Of a DNA stretch of 64,000 nt, positions 41,868 through 52,522 are shown piece after piece; position 1 is the stretch's first letter; each line of letters begins with the position of its first letter. A program made the position numbers and the translations under genes. The notes under the pieces were generated by a model. It was given only the letters and a program-made list of their open reading frames with translations, had not been told where the DNA came from and did no database searches. Location of the stretch: contig CAWCYD010000003.1 of assembly GCA_963799775.1 (NCBI GenBank), positions 768,001 through 832,000 on the forward strand, written 5' to 3'. Source of the DNA: an uncultured archaeon (lineage in GTDB: Archaea; Thermoproteota; Nitrososphaeria; Nitrososphaerales; Gagatemarchaeaceae).

Positions 41868-42971
41868 CTAGTCCTCGCGCCACTTGAAGAACCGGACCGC
41901 CAGCCCGAAGGTGACGATGGAGATGGCGATCAGAACTACGATGTCGGTGAGGGCGGACGTGTAGTTGCCATAGAGCATCACGCTGTTGAGGCCGTCGATG
42001 ACGTAGAAGAGGGGGAGCACGTGGGCGATGGCCTGGAGCGTCGGCGACATCGTCGAGACAGGGAAGAACGTCCCCGAGAGGAACATCATGGGGAAGGTCA
42101 CGAGGTTGCCGACCACGGCCGCGGACTCGACGCTCTTGGAGACGGTCCCAACGAGCATCCCTAGCGAGACGAAGAGGAACGGCCCGAGGAGGAGGAATGG
42201 GACTATCCCGATGGTGTATGTGATGTGGGCCCCGAAGAGGAGGGTTCCCGCCGTCGTCATGAGGAAGAATGAGACGAAGGTGAGGAGTATGTACCAGAGT
42301 ATCTTGGATACGAGCCACTCGGTCTTGGTCAAGGGGGTGAGCGAGAGCTGCTTGAAGATCTTGTCGCGCTTGTATTGCGAGCTGATGTTCACGAGCGCGA
42401 ACATCGGGCTCGTGAGGACGGAGAAGCCGATGAGACCGGGGACGAGGTAGTCTATGTAATGGAAGGTCTTCGAGGCTATCGTCTGCTGCTGGGTGCTCAC
42501 GATCGCTGTCGCGTTGGCTGCCTGAAGGTTGAACGCGGTCACGACGGCGTTCGTCACTCCTTCCACGATCCCGCTCGTGCTCGACGTGGGATTGCCGTAG
42601 ACTGTCACGCTGACGGGCGTCTTCGAGGCCAGGTCTGCCTGGAAGCCCGACGGGATCACGATGCCGTCGGTCTCCGAGTGCGACGTGAGATATTGGGTGA
42701 AGTTGACGCCCGCGGGAGCCGTTGTTATCTTCATCGTGTTGGTGCTGTTCAGGGCGTAGATGAAACCCTCGCTGGCAGCCGATCCGTTGTCGTTGTTTTG
42801 GATCGTCACGGGAACGGTCGTCGAGCCGGTGTTGGAGAAGATGGCGCCGAAGAGGAGTATGAGTATTATCGGGAAGATGAGGGAGAAGAACAGCCCGACC
42901 CTGCTCCTGATGTATCCGCGGGCGAAGACCTGAAGGTCCGCCCTCATCCTCTTCGGACTGAACCTGGGCAC
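41868..42971 (-). CDS. ABC-2 permease with extracellular domain
   Basis: DYLVPG, FPMMFLSGTFFP. Confidence 0.88.
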   Translation of the reverse strand: MPRFSPKRMRADLQVFARGYIRSRVGLFFSLIFPIILILLFGAIFSNTGSTTVPVTIQNNDNGSAASEGFIYALNSTNTMKITTAPAGVNFTQYLTSHSETDGIVIPSGFQADLASKTPVSVTVYGNPTSSTSGIVEGVTNAVVTAFNLQAANATAIVSTQQQTIASKTFHYIDYLVPGLIGFSVLTSPMFALVNISSQYKRDKIFKQLSLTPLTKTEWLVSKILWYILLTFVSFFLMTTAGTLLFGAHITYTIGIVPFLLLGPFLFVSLGMLVGTVSKSVESAAVVGNLVTFPMMFLSGTFFPVSTMSPTLQAIAHVLPLFYVIDGLNSVMLYGNYTSALTDIVVLIAISIVTFGLAVRFFKWRED

Positions 42972-42975
42972 GGGC

Positions 42976-43776
42976 CTACCATCGCCTCTTGGGTTTAATC
43001 TCGGATGCGACGGTCTCGATGGAGACGCTTCCGGCCTCCTCTCCCACCAGCTTGACGAAGACGTCCTCTAGGCTCTCTCCGGGTTTGCCGGACCCGTGCT
43101 GCTGGATTATCTCTGGTGGGGTACCGGACGCGATGACCTTGCCATGGTTCATTATCGCTACCGCGTCGGCCAGCTCCTCCGCCTCGTCGAGGTAGTGGGT
43201 AGTGAGAAGCACGCTCCTGTCCTCGCTCTGCAGGTTCCTTATGACCTCCCACACCGCCCTCCTGGCTTGCGGGTCGAGGCCTGTAGTCGGCTCGTCAAGG
43301 AAGACCAATTGAGGGTCGTTCACGAGGGCAAGAGCGAGCCCCACCTTCTGCTTCTGTCCACCTGAAAGTCTTGAAAAGTAGACGTTGGCGGAGTCTTCCA
43401 GAATGACCTTCTTCAGGATCGCGTCCGCATCCGCCTTTACGCCGAAGAGCGCTGCGTAGTAGTTAATCGCCTCCTTCGGGGTGGCGTAGTCCACGAACTT
43501 GAAGCCCTGGGGGATCACGCCGATCTTCTTGTGGAGCTCGTAGCCTTGCTTCCAGGGGTCCATCCCGAGCACCTTCACCTCGCCCGAGTCCTGTTCCCTG
43601 AGGCCCTCCAGGATCTCTATCGTGGTCGTCTTTCCTGCGCCGTTTGGCCCCAGCAAGGAGAACACCTGGCCGTCCTTCACGGTGAACGAGATCCCGTCGA
43701 CCGCCTGAAGCTGGCCGTATGCCTTCTTCAGGGACGAGACCTCTATCGTGTTCACTGTGCGTCTACTCGCGGCCAC
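42976..43776 (-). CDS. ABC transporter ATP-binding protein
   Basis: GPNGAGKTT, LSGGQKQ, LDEPT, TTHY. Confidence 0.92.
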   Translation of the reverse strand: MAASRRTVNTIEVSSLKKAYGQLQAVDGISFTVKDGQVFSLLGPNGAGKTTTIEILEGLREQDSGEVKVLGMDPWKQGYELHKKIGVIPQGFKFVDYATPKEAINYYAALFGVKADADAILKKVILEDSANVYFSRLSGGQKQKVGLALALVNDPQLVFLDEPTTGLDPQARRAVWEVIRNLQSEDRSVLLTTHYLDEAEELADAVAIMNHGKVIASGTPPEIIQQHGSGKPGESLEDVFVKLVGEEAGSVSIETVASEIKPKRRW

Positions 43777-43848
43777 CTTCGTTTGGCTCTTTAATCTATT
43801 GTCCGAGGCAAGTCTTATAGAGAGCGCGCTGGCAGAATTCGCACGCCT

Positions 43849-44224
43849 GTTGTCACGATCAGCACTACTGGCGTACGATGACGCGTGCGGGCCATGCTCA
43901 AGCTTCCAGAAGGCGGTCGAGTTCCTCGATCGGAGGCACTCGTTGTCCTTCGCCTCCCTGCGGGAGGCCGACTCGAAGGGAGCGCTCTCCAGCGTGAGGC
44001 CCGTGGCCCGCTACCGCTCGTTTCATCTCGTCGTCCCGGGCAGCGGGGTCTTCAGCGGCTCTGAAGCGATCCTCCCCCTGGCGGCGATGCTCCTCCCGGG
44101 AACTGGGAGGCTCTGCAAGCTCTTGGACCGCGTCCCTGGCGTGCGCGGAACGATCTCGTTCGGATACTCGGCCCTCTCGAGGATGCACGACGTCGGGGCG
44201 TGCGCCAGCGGAGGACGGAGATGA
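43849..44224 (+). CDS. DCC1-like (DUF393) thiol-disulfide oxidoreductase
   Basis: YDDACGPC motif; start uncertain. Confidence 0.72.
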
Positions 44225-45228
44225 CGACCAAGCGCAAGACTGACGGCGCGAAGGTGGTCGCCAGTCAGCCGAGCAAAGCGCTCGGGTGGCTCTTGGAGGA
44301 GGACGAGCCTTCGATCAGGTATCTCGCCCTGACCCAGGTCCTGGGAAGAGCCGACGGCGACCCCGAGGTCAAGGCCGCCAAGAGGACGATCGCGAAGCAG
44401 GGGTGGGCGGCGCAGATCATGGCGAAGCAGAAGCCGGGCGGCTGGTGGGTGCACCAGGAGAACCTCTATCGCCCAAAGTATCTCTCGACCAACTGGATGC
44501 TCCTTATCCTCTCGGACCTGGGCATGACGAAGGAGTGCCCGAGGATACGCAGGGCAGCGGAGCTCTGGAGGGACCGGTTCTCAAAGGCCGACGGCGGGTT
44601 CGGTTCGGACGGCTCCAACAGGAGCCACCTGTGCATCGCAGGGAACACCGCCAGGGCGCTCATCAAGTTCGGATACTCGGACGATCCGAAGGTCAAGAGC
44701 GGGCTGGACTGGCTCGTGAGGAACCAGGCGGAGAACGGCGGATGGTCGTGCTTTGGGTCGGGAGGGAACCTCGACTCGTGGGAGGGCATGAGCGCGTTCG
44801 CGGCGCTCCCGATGGAGAAGTGGAACAAGAGCATCAAGAGGTCCGTCGAGAAGGGGGCGGAGTTCTACCTCCGCAAGACTCTAGACCAGCAGGGCGGACG
44901 CTACGAGCCGTGGTACAGGTTCCATTACCCGGTGCACTACTACTACGACCTCCTCGTGGGACTGGATTTCATGACGGCTCTTGGCTACGTAGATGACACG
45001 CGGCTCGACAAAGCCATCGCCCTTCTCAGGGAGAAGAGAGGCGAGGATGGGAGGTGGAACCTCGATGCTGTCCATCCCGACGTGGAAGGCGGGATGGCCG
45101 ATTGGTACTCGAAGCACGCGAACCAGGCGCCCACTCCTTTCGCGCTCGAGAAGCCGGGGCGTCCTAGCAAGATGATAACCCTGAGGGCGATGGTCGTCTT
45201 GAAGAGGATGGGCGAGGCGCCCAGCTAG
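44221..45228 (+). CDS. Prenyltransferase/squalene-cyclase-like alpha-alpha barrel protein
   Basis: QW-like repeats (Q..NGGWSC, DGGF, DGRW), WLLE..EPSIRY, FHYP..Y.YD. Confidence 0.75.
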   Translation: MTTKRKTDGAKVVASQPSKALGWLLEEDEPSIRYLALTQVLGRADGDPEVKAAKRTIAKQGWAAQIMAKQKPGGWWVHQENLYRPKYLSTNWMLLILSDLGMTKECPRIRRAAELWRDRFSKADGGFGSDGSNRSHLCIAGNTARALIKFGYSDDPKVKSGLDWLVRNQAENGGWSCFGSGGNLDSWEGMSAFAALPMEKWNKSIKRSVEKGAEFYLRKTLDQQGGRYEPWYRFHYPVHYYYDLLVGLDFMTALGYVDDTRLDKAIALLREKRGEDGRWNLDAVHPDVEGGMADWYSKHANQAPTPFALEKPGRPSKMITLRAMVVLKRMGEAPS

Positions 45229-45629
45229 TCGCTCGCCAGGAGGCGCGCCACTTTGGCTTGTATCTCGTCCCTGATCGCCCTGACCTGATCGACTGACTTT
45301 CCCTTCGGGTCGTCGATGTGCCAGTCGACCAGCTTCTTCTGCATCTTGGCCAGCATGGGCCTCGGGCAGACGCCTTCGACGGAGCAACCCATCGTGACCA
45401 CGACGCTCGCCTTGTCTATCATTCCGGTCGTGAGCATCTTGGGCTTGTTCTTGGAGAGGTCGATCCCTATCTCCTTCATGGCATCTACCACCACAGCGTT
45501 GACCTTGGGAGAAGGGACCGTCCCGGCGCTGGACGCGTCGCCTCCCAACGCCCTCGCGAAGGCCTCCGCCATCTGGCTGCGGCCCGCGTTCTCGACGCAA
45601 ACGAACAGCGGCGAACTTCTCTTGGTCAA
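45225..45629 (-). CDS. arsC: Arsenate reductase, LMW-PTP/thioredoxin type
   Basis: FVCVENAGRSQMAEA, TMGC...CP, W..DDP. Confidence 0.9.
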   Translation of the reverse strand: MTKRSSPLFVCVENAGRSQMAEAFARALGGDASSAGTVPSPKVNAVVVDAMKEIGIDLSKNKPKMLTTGMIDKASVVVTMGCSVEGVCPRPMLAKMQKKLVDWHIDDPKGKSVDQVRAIRDEIQAKVARLLASD

Positions 45630-46353
45630 GGCACCCTCCTCAGGAACCTGAAGGTGAGGCCGGCCACCATCGCGCCCAGAAGCGGCCCTACGATGTAGAC
45701 CATCAGGTTCGCGTAGTAGCCCGAGAATAGCGAAGGCCCCAGGCTCCTGGCCGGGTTGAACGATGCGCCGGTCACACGGACCTATGAGCATGATCAGGAC
45801 GAAGAGCGTCGAACCGACGAGCGCCGCCTGCGCGACCGGCCGCTCCAAATGTGCCGAGGCTGTGAGGGCGGCGCACGCCAAGAGGAAATGTCCCTACCAT
45901 CTCGATGGCCACACCTGCGACCGGGCTGACCCCGGGTGCCAGACGCGTCGAACCGAGGAAGCTGGAGGCTGCCACGGTCCCGAGCGCCGTCTTGAGGACC
46001 AGGCCCGCTGCTAGGCCTCCGACAAGCTGGAAGACAAGGTAAGGGGCGACGAGCTCCTTCTTGGCCGACCCAGAGAAGCTGCTCGCGATCGTGATGGCGG
46101 GGTTGATGTGCGCGCCGGAAGACCGGCCAAAGGCCAGGATCATCGCCGCGACGGTGAGACCGAACACGGCCGAGACGAAGACAAGGCCGAGAATGGCCGG
46201 GAGGGACAAGAGAGAGGCGATGATGACAGAGGCGCACCCTACGAAGACGAGGGTGAACGTCCCTACCATCTCGGAGAGGAGCTCCTTCCGACGCCCGACC
46301 GAGGTGAGCGTCGAGAGACCCAGGGCCCTCGTCAAAATCATTGTGCGCGTCAT
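45626..46353 (-). CDS. MIP/aquaporin channel, frameshifted
   Basis: SGAHINPAIT; second FNPARSLGP in a shifted frame. Confidence 0.85.
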
Positions 46354-46417
46354 AGGAGCTTCGTTACGCAAGAGCAACAACTCATCGGCCAGATCTTCTG
46401 GATTCGAGTAGGCGAGA

Positions 46418-46657
46418 TTACTGACTGCATTCTCCCTTGTACTTGCCGTCTGTCTTGACGACGAGGCCGTGGATGACCAGCCTCCGGACCACCCTCGAGA
46501 CGATCTCCTGGTGAAGGTTGGTCGCATCGCGGACCTGCCCGAAGGTGACGGGTGTCGTCGAGTTGCATATCACGCGGCACACTTGCGATTCTCTCTCGGT
46601 GAGCTCGACGCAGTCCGACTCTACGGTGCATGCTTCTCCGCAACACGCTAGCTCCAA
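46418..46657 (-). CDS. Cys-rich winged-helix regulator
   Basis: LTERE..V, F..VR..TNLHQEIVSRVVRRL...GLV; 7 Cys including an N-terminal CC. Confidence 0.7.
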   Translation of the reverse strand: MELACCGEACTVESDCVELTERESQVCRVICNSTTPVTFGQVRDATNLHQEIVSRVVRRLVIHGLVVKTDGKYKGECSQ

Positions 46658-46721
46658 AGCGGTCGAAACAGGGCGCTGAGGCCTATTTATTGACTCACCA
46701 GGTTAGCCAATGAAGCAAAAT

Positions 46722-46759
46722 TGGCGGGCCCGGAGAGATTTGAACTCTCGATCTCCAGC
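46722..46759 (-). pseudogene. Orphan tRNA-Arg 3' half (positions 39-76, with CCA)
   Basis: GCTGG-AGATC-GAGAG-TTCAAAT-CTCTC-CGGGCCC-GCCA; no adjacent 5' half. Confidence 0.85.
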
Positions 46760-46784
46760 ACGTCCTCGCGTTCGGCCACACTTG

Positions 46785-47429
46785 CTAGAGCAACTCTGCT
46801 AGCTGCACGAGCTTTCTACGTTTCTCGGGATGATTGAAGCCGATTCTTCGAGCGTATAAGCCAAGATTTCTTCTGTTGAATATGTCAAGCTCGTAAGCTT
46901 GCGACCAGTTTCTTCTGGTTGGTTTTTCACGAGAGTAGATTGCGCTTCGAATTCCGAAGGAGTCCCAAAGAAGCGTCGCTACGCTCTTCAGGCCAAGCTG
47001 GTTAGTCGATTTTGCCCGAACCTTGCATTTCGATATGATCGGCGAGAGATATACGTCACCATCCCCATCGAAAAATGATCGAAGCCACCTCGCCGCTGTC
47101 AGAATATTGAGCGAGGCGAAAGGAACGACCCAATTGCGTCGACCGAATGGCCCATATCGCATGATGTCAATTGCCATTGCTTTCCCATAGGCCCTAATCA
47201 CTCCTTCGGTTGGCCTATCGCGAGCTATGACGCCATATTCGAGTCGGACATGATCAGCGAACAACTTGCGAATAGATGCGTTTGGCTCCGCAAGTTGGAG
47301 AAGATAGGTCCATTTGGGATTTCGCTTTCGGTATCGGCTGCAGCACACAGTTCCATCAGCGCATAGCATTCCGTGCAAGGACGCTCTTCTCGGTGTGAGA
47401 AGTGGAAGAAAATCTGCTCGGCTGTGCAC
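46785..47429 (-). CDS. Free-standing two-motif LAGLIDADG homing endonuclease
   Basis: SLHGMLCADGTV and WLRSFFDGDGDV helices, C-terminal IGF...EK..KL; no intein splicing motifs; AT-richer than host genes. Confidence 0.88.
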   Translation of the reverse strand: MHSRADFLPLLTPRRASLHGMLCADGTVCCSRYRKRNPKWTYLLQLAEPNASIRKLFADHVRLEYGVIARDRPTEGVIRAYGKAMAIDIMRYGPFGRRNWVVPFASLNILTAARWLRSFFDGDGDVYLSPIISKCKVRAKSTNQLGLKSVATLLWDSFGIRSAIYSREKPTRRNWSQAYELDIFNRRNLGLYARRIGFNHPEKRRKLVQLAELL

Positions 47430-47490
47430 AATAATCTATCGCTGCCGAGTATTTCACGGCCACCGTCAAGTTTCAACACTCACCGGCTAC

Positions 47491-47496
47491 AAAAAA
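47491..47496 (-). terminator. Oligo-T terminator after tRNA-Arg(GCG)
   Basis: TTTTTT two bases after the discriminator. Confidence 0.6.
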
Positions 47497-47497
47497 G

Positions 47498-47592
47498 CGG
47501 GCCCGGCCGGATTTGAACCGGCGACCCCCAGCTTCGCAGGCTGACACACCCAGCATGGTTTGATGCCCTGATCCGTACTAGGCTACGGGCCC
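47498..47592 (-). tRNA. tRNA-Arg(GCG) with non-canonical 29/30 intron (47542-47560, 19 nt)
   Basis: Complete cloverleaf; BHB GG-GCAT-CA^A-ACC...GGT-GTGT-CA^G-CC. Confidence 0.93.
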
Positions 47593-47614
47593 CAAGCCCT
47601 GTCGAGATATGACA

Positions 47615-49265
47615 CTAGTTATGTTTTCCAGATGCCGAAGTCGCTTCTTGTAGCCTGTTGGCGACATTGGCGATCCCCGCATCCAAGACATAGGGACCTA
47701 GCCTCGGACCCTTCTGCGCGCCGAGCAAGATGCCGTATACCGCGGGGAAGAACTCGCCAGCCTGGAGGCCGCTAGCCCTCATCGCGCCGAAAGCCGCGGT
47801 CTGCACGTCGTCGGCAGTGTGCACCTTGGCGAGGGCTGCCGCGAACTCTTCTATCGACTTTCTTTGCTTCTCGGATAGCTCTGGGAGCTCCTGTTCCTGA
47901 AGAAGCGATGCCGCTCCCTCCCTCTTGGCCCATGCAGCTGCCCACCCCATCCTCTTGACGAGGTCAGGGCCCGGGGCTTCCTTGATCATCCCATAGTTTG
48001 TCAGTCGCTTGGAGACGTACTCGACGAGCGAGCCTTCCGGCGCGGTCGAGGCCAGCTGCGCGAGGAGCCTGTAGGGAACGTGGATGCCCGGCTTGGCGGG
48101 GACCTTGAGGAGATTGGTGTATTCGTAGAGCCCCCGGAGCCGCGCGTCCTTCAATGCATTGGGGTCCTCTTCTTGGAGAAGTAGTAGTCCTCGAGCTCGT
48201 CGAACTCGTCCATGTAGACGGGGACGTCGTCCACCGAGATGCTCCTCGCCCCGACGATGCGCTTGAACATGAGGAGCCTGACGCTCTCTGGAGACGCGTA
48301 CGTGAGCCAGTCGTGGATCGTGATGACGTTCCCGACCGACTTGCTCACCTTCCTGCCACTCTTGTCCTGGAACATCTCGTACCTTGCGTGATAGGGGGGC
48401 GGATGTCCGAGGATGTTCTCGCTTATCCAGTCGTTTATCTTGACTGACTCTGCGATGTCCTTGCCGTAGGCCTCGAATCGGATGTCCAGCGCGCCCCACC
48501 TCGCCGCGAACTCGCTCTTCCATATCAGCTTCCCCTCTCCCTCCGTCACCTTCCTGTCGCCCTCGTGCCCGCAGCCCGCTATCACCTTCTCACCAAGCTC
48601 GGCGCTCGCGCACTTGTAGTGGACCGTCTGCGCGACCGGGTCATACGAGGAGACCACGGTCGTGTACAGCCTGCCGCAGTTCTGGCATATCGGGGTGTAA
48701 GGCAGGACCGTGAGGTACTTCTCCTGCCCCGTCAGCTCCTTGATCATCTTCCCCACGAGCTGGGCGTTGTCGAGTATCTTCGTGATCTGAGGGTTGAGGA
48801 GCCCGCTCTTGTAGACCTCCGCCCCGCTCTTGAAAGTGTAAGGTATGCCCAGGTCGTCCAGCGCGGCCCTTAGGAGCCCCCCCGTGTGGGCGCCGAAGGA
48901 CTTGTGGCAGCCGAACGGGTCGGGGATGCGCGTGACTGGGTGTGCGATGTAGTCCTTGAGCCATTCAGGGAATCCGGCCGGGACTTCCTCAGGCCGTCGA
49001 GGTCGTCGGAGTAGGCGATCAGCTCCGACCTGTAGCCTTGGGTCTCGAGCGCGAGCTTGATGCCGTAGCTCCTTATCGCGTCGCCGACGCTCCCGATGTG
49101 CGGTATCCCGGAGGCGCCGAGGCCGCTCTCGACGCGTAGGAGCGAAGTGTCCCTGCCAAGGGCCTTCTCGCGCTCCAGGAGCTCGCTTGCTACCCTGTCG
49201 AGCCACGTGCCCCGTCCGATGACCTTGGTCTCCTGCGACGACACTGGACGGACCAGACGCTCCAC
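47615..49265 (-). CDS. lysS: Class I lysine--tRNA ligase, two frameshifts
   Basis: GASGIPHIG, IPDPFGCH, CQNC, EAYGKD, KVSKSVGN, GPRLG. Confidence 0.92.
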
Positions 49266-49290
49266 CGATTAAAAAGATGGCTGCGGTCTC

Positions 49291-51486
49291 TTATCGGTAG
49301 TAGGGGACCGCTACCTTCTCCATCGGCTTGCTCTCGCGCGAGGAGCGCACCTTCTTGACGGCGTCCTTGAAGTGGTCGAAGGTCACAACCGCCTCTTCGA
49401 GGTGCTTCTTGGCGTCGTCAGGCCTTGGATATTTGGCCACGTACTCTTGGAGCACCATCGAGACGGCCGTGTTGACAAGGGCCGCGACGTCGGCGCCGCT
49501 GAAGCCTTCGGTCATGTCGACCAGGGGCTTTAGGTCCTTCCTGACGGCATCTGTGATCTGCTTGCCCTCCATGTTTATCTTGAGTATCTGCTCTCTCGAT
49601 TCCTTGTCGGGCATCGGTATCGGGATCACCTTGTCGAACCTGCCTGGCCTCACGAGCGCGGGGTCCACCATGTCTATCCTGTTCGTCGCGGCGAGGACCA
49701 CGACGCCGTTCAGCTGCTGGATCCCGTCGAGCTCGGTGAGCAGCTGACTCACCACCCTCTCGGTGACCATGCTGTCCCCTCCCATCCCTCGCGTCGGCGC
49801 CAGGGCGTCGATCTCGTCGAAGAATATGATGCAAGGTGCGGCCTGACGTGCCCTGCGGAAGACCTCCCTCACTCCGCGCTCCGACTCTCCGACCCACTTG
49901 CTGAGCAGCTCTGGGCCCCTGACGCTGATGAAGTTGGCCTCGCTCTCGGTCGCTACTGCCTTTGCGAGCATCGTCTTGCCGGTGCCCGACGAGCCATAGA
50001 GGAGGATGCCCTTCGGCATGTTGTAGCCTATCGCCGCGTAGAGGTCTGCGAACTTTAGCGGCCATTCCACGGCCTCTTGCAGCTCCCTCTTGACGCCGTC
50101 CAAGCCTCCCAGGTCGGCCCACTTTACGTCGGGCGTCTCCAGGTAGACCTCGCGCATCGCGGAGGGCATCACGTCCTTGAGGGCGCCTTCGAAGTCCGCC
50201 ATCGTGACGATGAGCTTGTCGAGTATCTCCGGGCTCAGCCTCTCCTCCTCCAGCTTGAGCTCGGGCAGCATCCTGCGCAGCGTCTTCATCGCAGCCTCTT
50301 TGCAGAGGTACTCCGCGTCGGCACCGACGAACCCGTGGGTCACTGCGGCGAGCTTCTCGAGGTCGACGTCAGGCGTGAGCGGCATGTGCCTTGTGTGGAT
50401 CTGGAGGATCTCGTATCGTCCCTTCTTGTCTGGGACCTTGATCTCGATCTCGCGGTCGAATCGTCCGGGTCTCCTTAGCGCCGGGTCGATAGCGTTGGGT
50501 CTGTTCGTCGCGGCGATGACGATGACCTTGCCCCTGGCTTCCAGGCCGTCCATCAGGGACAGCAACTGGCTTACCACTCTGCGCTCGACCTCGCCCGTCA
50601 CCTCCTCCCTCTTCGGGGCGATGGAGTCGATCTCGTCGATGAATATGATGGTCGGGGCCTTCTCCTTGGCTTCCTTGAATATCTCCCTCAGCCGGGCCTC
50701 TGACTCTCCGTAGAACTTGCTCATGATCTCCGGGCCTGAGATGGGGATGAAGTGCGCGTTGCTCTCCGTCGCGACCGCCTTTGCTAGCAGCGTCTTGCCA
50801 GTCCCTGGAGGCCCGTACAGGAGCACTCCCTTTGGAGCCTCCACACCGAGCTTCTCGAAGATCTCGGGGTGGCGCAGAGGGAGCTCTATCATCTCCCGGA
50901 CCTTTTGGATCTCGTCCTTGAGGCCGCCGATGTCCTCGTAGGTGACCTGCGGGACGCCGCGGAGCGCCTCGCCCTTTTCAGAGATGACGAAGACGGTCCT
51001 CTGGGTGATGAGGGCTGCCTCCGCCACCGGGCTCACGGCCATGACCTGGAAGGTCAGCCTCCCTCCAAAGTAAGGAATCATCACGTTGTCGCCCTTGGTG
51101 ACAGGGACGCTCTCCAGTGTGTCTGCGAGGTATCTCTCGTCGATCGGCGGGACCGCCTCCAGGGGAGCGACCACAACCTTCTCCGCTGGCGGTGCCTTGA
51201 CCTTGCGGACTATCACCATGTCTCCGATGGCGACGCCGGCGTTGTTTCGGATGAGCCCGTCAATCCTTACGATGCCCCTCCCTTCGTCTGACGGATAGAG
51301 CGGGAGGCATTTCGCGACCGTGCGCCTCTTGCCCTTTATCTCGATGACGTCGCCCGTCGAGGCATCCAGAGCGTCCATCGCGTCGTAGTCGATCCTTGCG
51401 ACTCCTCGACCTACGTCTCTGGTGTACGCCTCCAACACCTTCAGTTGGACTTGCTGCTGACTCATGCCTCGATCACGTTCGGACAA
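49291..51486 (-). CDS. cdc48: Cdc48/VCP AAA+ ATPase
   Basis: N-domain plus two AAA modules (GPPGTGKT; GSSGTGKT), C-terminal YYR. Confidence 0.96.
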   Translation of the reverse strand: MSERDRGMSQQQVQLKVLEAYTRDVGRGVARIDYDAMDALDASTGDVIEIKGKRRTVAKCLPLYPSDEGRGIVRIDGLIRNNAGVAIGDMVIVRKVKAPPAEKVVVAPLEAVPPIDERYLADTLESVPVTKGDNVMIPYFGGRLTFQVMAVSPVAEAALITQRTVFVISEKGEALRGVPQVTYEDIGGLKDEIQKVREMIELPLRHPEIFEKLGVEAPKGVLLYGPPGTGKTLLAKAVATESNAHFIPISGPEIMSKFYGESEARLREIFKEAKEKAPTIIFIDEIDSIAPKREEVTGEVERRVVSQLLSLMDGLEARGKVIVIAATNRPNAIDPALRRPGRFDREIEIKVPDKKGRYEILQIHTRHMPLTPDVDLEKLAAVTHGFVGADAEYLCKEAAMKTLRRMLPELKLEEERLSPEILDKLIVTMADFEGALKDVMPSAMREVYLETPDVKWADLGGLDGVKRELQEAVEWPLKFADLYAAIGYNMPKGILLYGSSGTGKTMLAKAVATESEANFISVRGPELLSKWVGESERGVREVFRRARQAAPCIIFFDEIDALAPTRGMGGDSMVTERVVSQLLTELDGIQQLNGVVVLAATNRIDMVDPALVRPGRFDKVIPIPMPDKESREQILKINMEGKQITDAVRKDLKPLVDMTEGFSGADVAALVNTAVSMVLQEYVAKYPRPDDAKKHLEEAVVTFDHFKDAVKKVRSSRESKPMEKVAVPYYR

Positions 51487-51613
51487 CGCTATTGCCTCTG
51501 TATCCCTTATTAGCCTTGTGCCTAAGTTTTAAGGCATTAGCGAATCTTAGTTCTGTCGGTTCGTTCGGTCGCTCCGCGGCTCCTGCGGCATAGAGCTTAT
51601 CTCTTCTTGGGAA

Positions 51614-52522
51614 GTGGTCTCGAACACTTTGGACGAGGACGTTCTCATCATGGTCACGAACGACGACGGCGTGACCAGCCCCGGTATCATCGCCCTCGCC
51701 GACGCGGTCTCGGCCCTCGGCAGCGTCATGATCATAGCGCCCGACGGCGAGAAGAGCGCAGCCGGTATGAGCCTAACCTTTCACAGGCCTCTGCGCATCA
51801 CGAAGGTGCACGTGGGGAGGAGGGTCTGCTACGCGATCTCGGGAAGCCCGGCCGATTCGACCATGATAGGGATACACAACCTCCTTCCGAGGAGGCCAGA
51901 CGCCGTAGTCTCCGGGATCAACAAGGGGGAGAACCTCACCATCCAGGACATCTTCGCCTCGGGGACCGTGGCGGCGGCGCTCTCGGCGGCGCTGCTCGGG
52001 ATACCAGCCATCGCCTTCTCACTCGAGATCCCTGCTGGGAGGAACGTCATACATGGCAGGAATTAACCGGGGTTCGCCATCCCCGCGCGGATCGCCGCGG
52101 AGATGACCAGGGAGGTCTTGGAGCACGGGATGCCCAGAGGGGCGGAAATGCTGAACGTGAACTTCCCGTGGAAGACGAGCTGGGACACGAGGATCAAGAT
52201 CACGTCGCTCGAGGGGAGGAAGTGGAGGGACTCCGTCCTTGAGAGGGATGACCCGCGGGGCAGGCCCTACTACTGGCTCTGGGGCTCGAGGATGCCCCAC
52301 TTCAAGAAGAACTCCGACGCTTACGCGATCCACAAGGAAGGGGTGATCTCCGTCTCACCGCTCAACCTGGATTTCACAGCAAAGTCGACTCCGGAGATAA
52401 GGAAGTTCGAGACGAGGGTGACTTCGAGGCTGAAGGAGATGGCCGAGACCGTCGATAGCAGGCATAAAGGTTCTACTGCATCGAACGTCCGGCGTGATGC
52501 AGTTTCGAGGCATCGACTCTGA
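51614..52522 (+). CDS. surE: 5'/3'-nucleotidase SurE, frameshifted, 3' end abuts IS
   Basis: VTNDDG, SGINKGEN, SGTV, LNVNFP, DPRGRPYYW, SVSPL. Confidence 0.9.

Noticed and set aside
44221-45228. Squalene-hopene cyclase implying hopanoid synthesis
   Set aside because: Half the expected length and lacks the DxDD motif.
46760-47497. LAGLIDADG as cargo of a BHB or group I intron, or an intein
   Set aside because: No in-register BHB at 37/38 or 38/39 (closest fits are off by one base), no nested pairing of the flanks, no group I core and no intein termini. Not fully excluded given the indel rate.
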